This document shows positions 58,111 to 64,000 of a stretch of DNA of 64,000 nucleotides, one piece after another (within the stretch, counting starts at the first letter, position 1; every line of letters begins with the position of its first letter). A program made the translations under genes and the position numbers. This DNA is from Phallusia mammillata (Eukaryota). The notes under the pieces are model-generated. The model saw nothing but the letters and a program-made list of their open reading frames with translations, made no database searches and was not told where the DNA came from. The DNA lies in contig OZ281494.1 of NCBI GenBank assembly GCA_965637545.1, positions 10,850,001 to 10,914,000 of the forward strand, written 5' to 3'.

Positions 58111-61100
58111 TTAGTCGAACTTGATGATTCCTCGACCTCTCATTGTCCCTTTCTTTAACATCATTAAAGCATCAGTGACTTGGTCCAGTTTAAAGTAGTT
58201 AAGTGGCGGTGGGATAAGCTGTGGTGTTAAAATCAAAATTAGTATTTTTTTCTGGCTGTAACAAGTACTGTTGTTTAGTCCGGTGTGTTAACCCCACATA
58301 AAGCGTACACAGCATTGGTTCATACCAAAGAAATCCGAGTTCACCAAATTAAAACAATTCACTATTATAAACCAAACTATAGGGTAATGTTCCCACCCTT
58401 TGAAAAGCTGTAAATTTAAACCAATCATAAGCTTACAACAAAATGGATAAAACTTTTTGATTTACTTTGCCAAAGCAAAATTTAAATGCTCCAGTGCCAC
58501 AATGGCAATGTTCTTACCACCATAATAATGACAGTAAATTACCTTCTGTGTTGCGACCAGTTCGATTAACTCCTGAAGATGATGAAGTTTTCCGACGAAA
58601 ACACCTGTCACTTGATTCGACCACAGGACCATGCTTGGCAGTGAATATTGGCCACAACCTCCAAATAAGCCAACCATTGCCAGCATCCCGTTCTGCATCA
58701 AAAAATGTTTTAAATGTTGGCAACCTATATCTGTCATATTGGGGTTTGACAGGGTCGCATGGCCAAAATAATGATAAAAATACGTCTGAATGTAACATAA
58801 ACTGGCAAATAGAGTGATTAGTAAAGTATACGACAAAAAAATCTTAACCACATTTTAATTGAAAATATAAACTCTCTTTTAAGTAAAATAATATATCAGT
58901 CTGTGAATAAAAATGAAACATATTCATTTCGTCTAAAATGGCATCTTTTAAATCGTTTAAAATTTCAGGACAAAGATTAATAAAAGTCTAAGCCCAATGA
59001 CCTGAAGCAGATTACTGGACACGTTGCTGGAGCTATCGCTGTAAAACTGGTTGGGCAAATAACGAGTTTTGTAGGCAAATACGTCAAAGACTTAAAAGTT
59101 ATTTGTTTGCATTAAAATGTAAACCTTGCGACAATTGTTATTCTTACCGGCCTTAGACATTTAAAGACTCGAGTGCTTGTCACCGACGTATTGACGTAAT
59201 CCATGATGGCGTCAAACCCTCCGTCTCTTCCCTTGCTCTTAGTGAGTTCTATGATGTCTTCCTCTGTCATTCCCTTCTTCCACACCACAGTGTCGTCGCA
59301 ACCACGCTCGCGCGCCACCGCCAACTTTTCATCCTGTCAATCAATTATGAAGTTTTTTTTACGGGGTTCGACCCAGGACACCCACGGTGACGAATCCCGA
59401 TCAAGGTTTTTTTTTATGTCTGTATATGGTTTAGGCGCGCCAGACCATTCAGTCAAGTTCCTACGAATCAAGAAGTGAATCAGTGGATTCAGTGCACGTT
59501 CTCAAATAGAACTCCGGCGCCCTCTTGTGGCCCTTGCGCTCAGAGAAGTCGTCCAAATAAACATTATTCTCTTCAAATTACCTATAGCAATTGAAGCGAA
59601 TACTTTCCTAACATTTACTTTCTCTATATCATAAAACCGATGTTGAAAAACAAGTATTAAACCCGCGTTAAATAATACAATTCATATTATAATGTAAAAG
59701 CATTTTAATACATAGATATTAACCTTAAAATTTGATACACGCTTTGTTTATTATAAAAAATATGTATTAATCATTTTAAGTTGGTATATATGAAGGTCTT
59801 ATAACAAACGCTGTACATGCTGTGTCCTTTTACCCTTGTCCCAAGCAATGATTAACTGTTTAATATGCAAACGCAGAGAAAAAGTGCCAATTTAAACAGT
59901 CAGGGCTAATATATGTCCTTTTAACCCTCCCGGCAGCCGGGTCGCAGTAGTCACGTTTATAAAGGTACAAATATTTGCCTGTATCGACTGAGTAACTTTG
60001 GCGGTGAGACAGAAAAACAGCAGCTGTTACTTACAGAGAGATCGGCAATCACTATCTTCGTTTCCTTGGGCAAGACAGCCTTGGCAATTTGCAAACTCCA
60101 TAGACCAAGACCTCCAGCACCCACGATCAAAACGCTTGCCTTTCCTTGATAACACAGTTGCAATGTTAGCAAAAAAATATGTACATTAGTATTTTACTCA
60201 ATGTTAAAAAAAGATGTCTAAGGTATTTGATTGAACTGTACCTTAATATTTCAAAATCCGTTCGTTTTAAACTTGTAATTCTTACAGGGCGTTAGGCATG
60301 AATTACATTGCCATTTTGGTTTATACTGAATGCATTTGATGCAATCGTCAGAGTTACAACAGTAAATGCACTACAGGAAAAAATCTATACACAGCAATGC
60401 ATTGAATAGGCAACGTTGTGTGGTATTTCTACCACAGAACAGCAAAATACCGTGATTCAGCAAAACTAGAAAATTTTTGCCTGGGAGGAAACAAGGTAGC
60501 TACAAAACCACTTTAAAGAACCTTCAAACTTTACAAATCGTTCCACAACCGGTTTGATGGTCGTCACAGCGTTGTATGTGGTGATGCCGGAACAGGGTAA
60601 CATGCATCCGACCTCAAACGGAATCGAGTCTGGTAGCTTGAGCGCGTGTTTGGCTTCAGGTACGACAACAAAGTTCGCGTAACTGTGAAGTTCACAAACA
60701 AAGTATTGCTTTCATAGATCGTACTCGTTGTTTACCAGAAAATTTTGTAGTAGGTGAAATGTGTCCTATTTGCACAAGAAGGTGGGAATTGTAACCTTTG
60801 TATAATGCTTTATCTGTAAAGTGGCAAAGTTTGAGGCCAAATTTTTGCGTTTAATCGTGTCAAATTGCGATACAAATCAGTAGTAAAACTAAAGTTTATA
60901 ACAACACAAGATTTTTGACTTTTTTAGACATATAAGAACTAAGACAATGAATCAACTTACACATTTGTTGAAAATTCGTTATTCTAAAATCTACATCTTG
61001 TATTTACACATTTATGCATACCCGCCAGGAATGCCAAATCCATAGCAGCGCAATCGTTCTGGGCACATATTCGACCAATCCTCGTCACAATACTTGCAAT

Positions 61101-62312
61101 GACCACATGCAGCCCACGAATACACGACTACGCGGTCGCCAATTTTATGATTCATGCCTACAAATGTACAGAAATGCTTGCACTTTTTTGCAACAGAAAT
61201 GCTTGCACATTTCGTAATTGTAAAAACATTTTTTCGCAATTGTACTTTTTTTATGGAATGATGCAAAACAGGCGTTAATTCGTAGACATTTACTCCAGGG
61301 TTTAAAAAAAGGGTGCAAATTTAAAACGTTGTCCTTACGAACCGATTACAGCGATCTTAAAAACAAATTAACGGATGTTTGCTTTTCTTTTCCTTAAATT
61401 GTTTGCATTGTTAACAATCAACCCTTCTGTTATGTTTCGACGATGCTTGACTATGCGATAAGCAACTCACACCATATGTTAAGCGTTGTGCTATTAAGGG
61501 ACCTATAATTGTTTGTGGTAGCTCTAAAATTTTGATAAGGTCCGATGTTTTTCATCCTAAACGCAATGAATCCAAATACTTGACCAACGGCCTTTTCCCC
61601 AAAATTCTCTAGTAGGCTATATGTCCAATAAATTTCACTAAAAACAAAAACAATATATTATGTCCTTGGTTTATGTTTGGTTTGTGTTTACATATTATGC
61701 ATTTATTTTCTTAAATATGTGAATGATATTTCGTTGCTGGAACAAAAAATTGCAATGCTTTTTAAGTTGGGCAAAATTCCAAAACTGATTTGCTGGTCAC
61801 AATTTTACCTGCGTTGTTAGACCCGATGGAGTAAATCGTTCCTGCGATTTCGTGTCCTGGGGTAACCGGAAATTTGTAATATTCGACCTCAGTAAACTTG
61901 AAGACACTTCCGTCTCCCATCGAAACCTCATCCTCCCATTGATGCAGATCCGAGTGACAAATACCGCTATACGTTGTCTGAAAAGTGTAATTTTCGGGAC
62001 CTAAATTATCAGGTGCTTAGTGGTCATTGTTTGCCCTTTACTTTTGTAGTTATTGCGACAAGAACTAAACATTTTACTCTGAACAAATTTCGAATCAAAT
62101 TCAAAAGGTCGACATAAGCACATCGCGATTGAGCACAATAAGTAAAACAAATTTGCGGAAACCAATTTGCGAAATTCGTGTGCAACTTTTGTTGACCATC
62201 ACAAATAATATAACCTCACCTTGATGACCACCCCTCCTGCAGGAGCCTCTGGGATCTTGGTTTCATTCAGATCCAGAGGTTCGTACGCTTTGGTAATTTG
62301 TGCTCTCTTCAT
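58111..62312 (-). CDS. Zinc-dependent MDR-family alcohol dehydrogenase (6-hydroxyhexanoate dehydrogenase-like / bacterial AdhP-like subgroup), 8 exons, 370 aa
   Basis: Exons 62312-62220, 61977-61809, 61157-61022, 60682-60522, 60144-60035, 59333-59148, 58692-58543 and 58218-58111 (1113 nt). Catalytic GICHSDLH and PGHEIAG, structural Zn site CGHCKYC...C, third ligand LPCSG, Rossmann IVGAGGLG, and DAIMDYVN. Confidence 0.93.
59517..59530 (-). promoter_or_regulatory. CTCF-like motif CCACAAGAGGGCGC (minus strand)
   Basis: One mismatch to CCASYAGRKGGCRS. Lies in ADH intron 5, in the opposite orientation to the 6406 and 33549 motifs. Confidence 0.4.
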
Positions 62313-63629
62313 GATTAACGTTTGGTGGCAAACTTACTACGAAGCTACAACTCTATCTATTAACCTGTAAACAAAATGTTGTTTTTGTTACTTTTTTCGA
62401 ACCGGTGATTGAAATTAATGCACAATATGTTATAACAGTAACAGGTGTAAGTTGTCTGAAATTTTGCTCGTGTGAATTGCCAGAAATCTTATTTTTTAAT
62501 GATTTTATTAATGCTGTATGATGCATTTTCCCGTTTTCAATTTTGGCAAAAAAACACACTTAAAAATAATGAATCGGCCCATCTGAATTCAATCAGTCCC
62601 GTCACGTTACAATGATTGAACAACACGCTCCAAGCGCTCCTTATACGCCAAAAAGGTTACAAAAATTATGTATGTACTTATCCCTTCTGATTACCCTCTG
62701 CTTTCAGCATCGTCTCGTACGATTTACTGAACATCCCAGTCACCTTACGTTGTTTAAATAAGGTGAGGTTAAGGGGTTTCTACGTGATCAAGCTGCCTTC
62801 AGACATGTCGGCGTTTAATGTGTAACCAAGTCGACAGGTTGCAGATTTATCAATGTGGTTTTAGCAAACTATTGTTAACCGGTAGCTTCCGTTGTACAGG
62901 AATTTGACTTTTTAACCGCTTACTTCGCAATGAACTTGTTTTCCTCAACCCAACAAAGTTTTGTGGTGTACGCTGGTGCCTTTTGCTAAACCACGTGACC
63001 GGTTTAAACGCAGCGTCGGCAATCGTAACTTGCAGAGTCACAACATAAAACTGTTATTATATCCAATGGCTATATTGAAGTGGTGAAGTTTTTATCTGTA
63101 TGTGCAGAACTACGGTTAAATGGCCATAAATATACTTTGGCGTCCAGCTAAAATCAAGTTGACATGCGTTGAGGGGCAAGAACTACAAACAACACACAAG
63201 AGTTTTTACAGCTTCCGAGTTGTAATGTTTATTTACTAAGCACTATTTTACAAGTCCTGTTCAATGGTATCATTTGCAGCAATACTTCATGCAGCACAAA
63301 ACGAATTAGCATCGTATTGTGTAGTTGTATCCAATTATTTCTAAAATGCGCGTTTAGCTGTTTTCTGCGCAATTGCGGCAATACTCAGACTGCGTGAGAC
63401 CCACAATTTAGTCTATGGAAGTATGTTTAGTTCACAAAAACATTTATTTTCTGCTGTGCCGAAATCAACCGATCCCTACAACATAGATACATGTGTATAC
63501 AGGGTACCATTTGTAAGTATTTTCGTTTAGTCAACATCGCGTGGAGCAAAACAACCGCCAACTGTACCACGCACCAATGTACCACGCACCCAACGCATGT
63601 TGCTCTGCTTGCACAGTATGCGCCAAGCT

Positions 63630-63665
63630 TAACTTGGCCAATCAGTAGCGCTTGGGCCGGCCACA
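63630..63665. promoter_or_regulatory. CCAAT box in a GC-rich patch, possible promoter of a neighbouring gene
   Basis: ggccaatcag (63636-63645) matches the NF-Y consensus RRCCAATSR. No downstream CDS is recognisable within the window. Confidence 0.3.
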
Positions 63666-64000
63666 CCTTTATGACAACCCGTCGCATACTTGTATATAAA
63701 CTGGGATTTTCTGAGCAATACTCATTTCCCAGGTAACGTTGGGGTGAGCAGGAGAAAATACGAGGACAGTCAATTTAGGAAGAGCATTTGTAAATTGTTG
63801 AGATGCGGGCTCGGTCAAGTAAAAACGCCGGGGATTAGGATAACTTTGCCGTTGCTTACAAATTCAAATATGCAAACCAGCGCTGCCTTTTGCTCGGCCC
63901 GTTGATTGCAGGTTTCCGTCTTTTCTGTGTCTTTATATTACGACTTGTGCATAATCTGACAGTTTAATTTTTTGCTTTCAGTGTTCACCTCGCAACCTCG

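Overview
Eukaryotic, AT-rich, intron-containing DNA from an invertebrate chordate, most likely an ascidian (inferred from the ~50-55 nt minimal introns and divergent chordate-type genes; no search was run). I reconstructed six genes by hand from splice sites, with reading phase consistent across exons. (1) A death-fold adaptor with an unusual death domain (DD)-death effector domain (DED)-TPR-like order (+, 484-6188). (2) Intronless FoxA (+, 10132-11769) with a GC-rich upstream regulatory block. (3) ERCC3/XPB (+, 14 exons, 781 aa, 14071-36126). (4) A 16-exon, ~894 aa gp130/LIFR-type class I cytokine receptor nested antisense inside ERCC3 intron 11 (-, 30776-23869). (5) MED1 (+, ~30 exons, ~1668 aa, 41081-56715), with two GC-AG introns, a 22-nt micro-exon, four LxxLL boxes and an AT-hook. 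(6) A Zn-dependent MDR alcohol dehydrogenase (-, 8 exons, 370 aa, 62312-58111). Introns and intergenic DNA carry many mobile elements, several with intact target-site duplications (TSDs): hAT MITEs of three subgroups (one nested in another), three Helentron-type elements with ~157-bp satellite arrays, a 5'-truncated L1/Tx1 LINE, a tRNA-derived SINE, and a probable non-autonomous LTR element with a 111-bp solo LTR inserted in it. There is also a Penelope RT relic and two hammerhead-ribozyme-like motifs. All family assignments come from recognised motifs, not from database searches.
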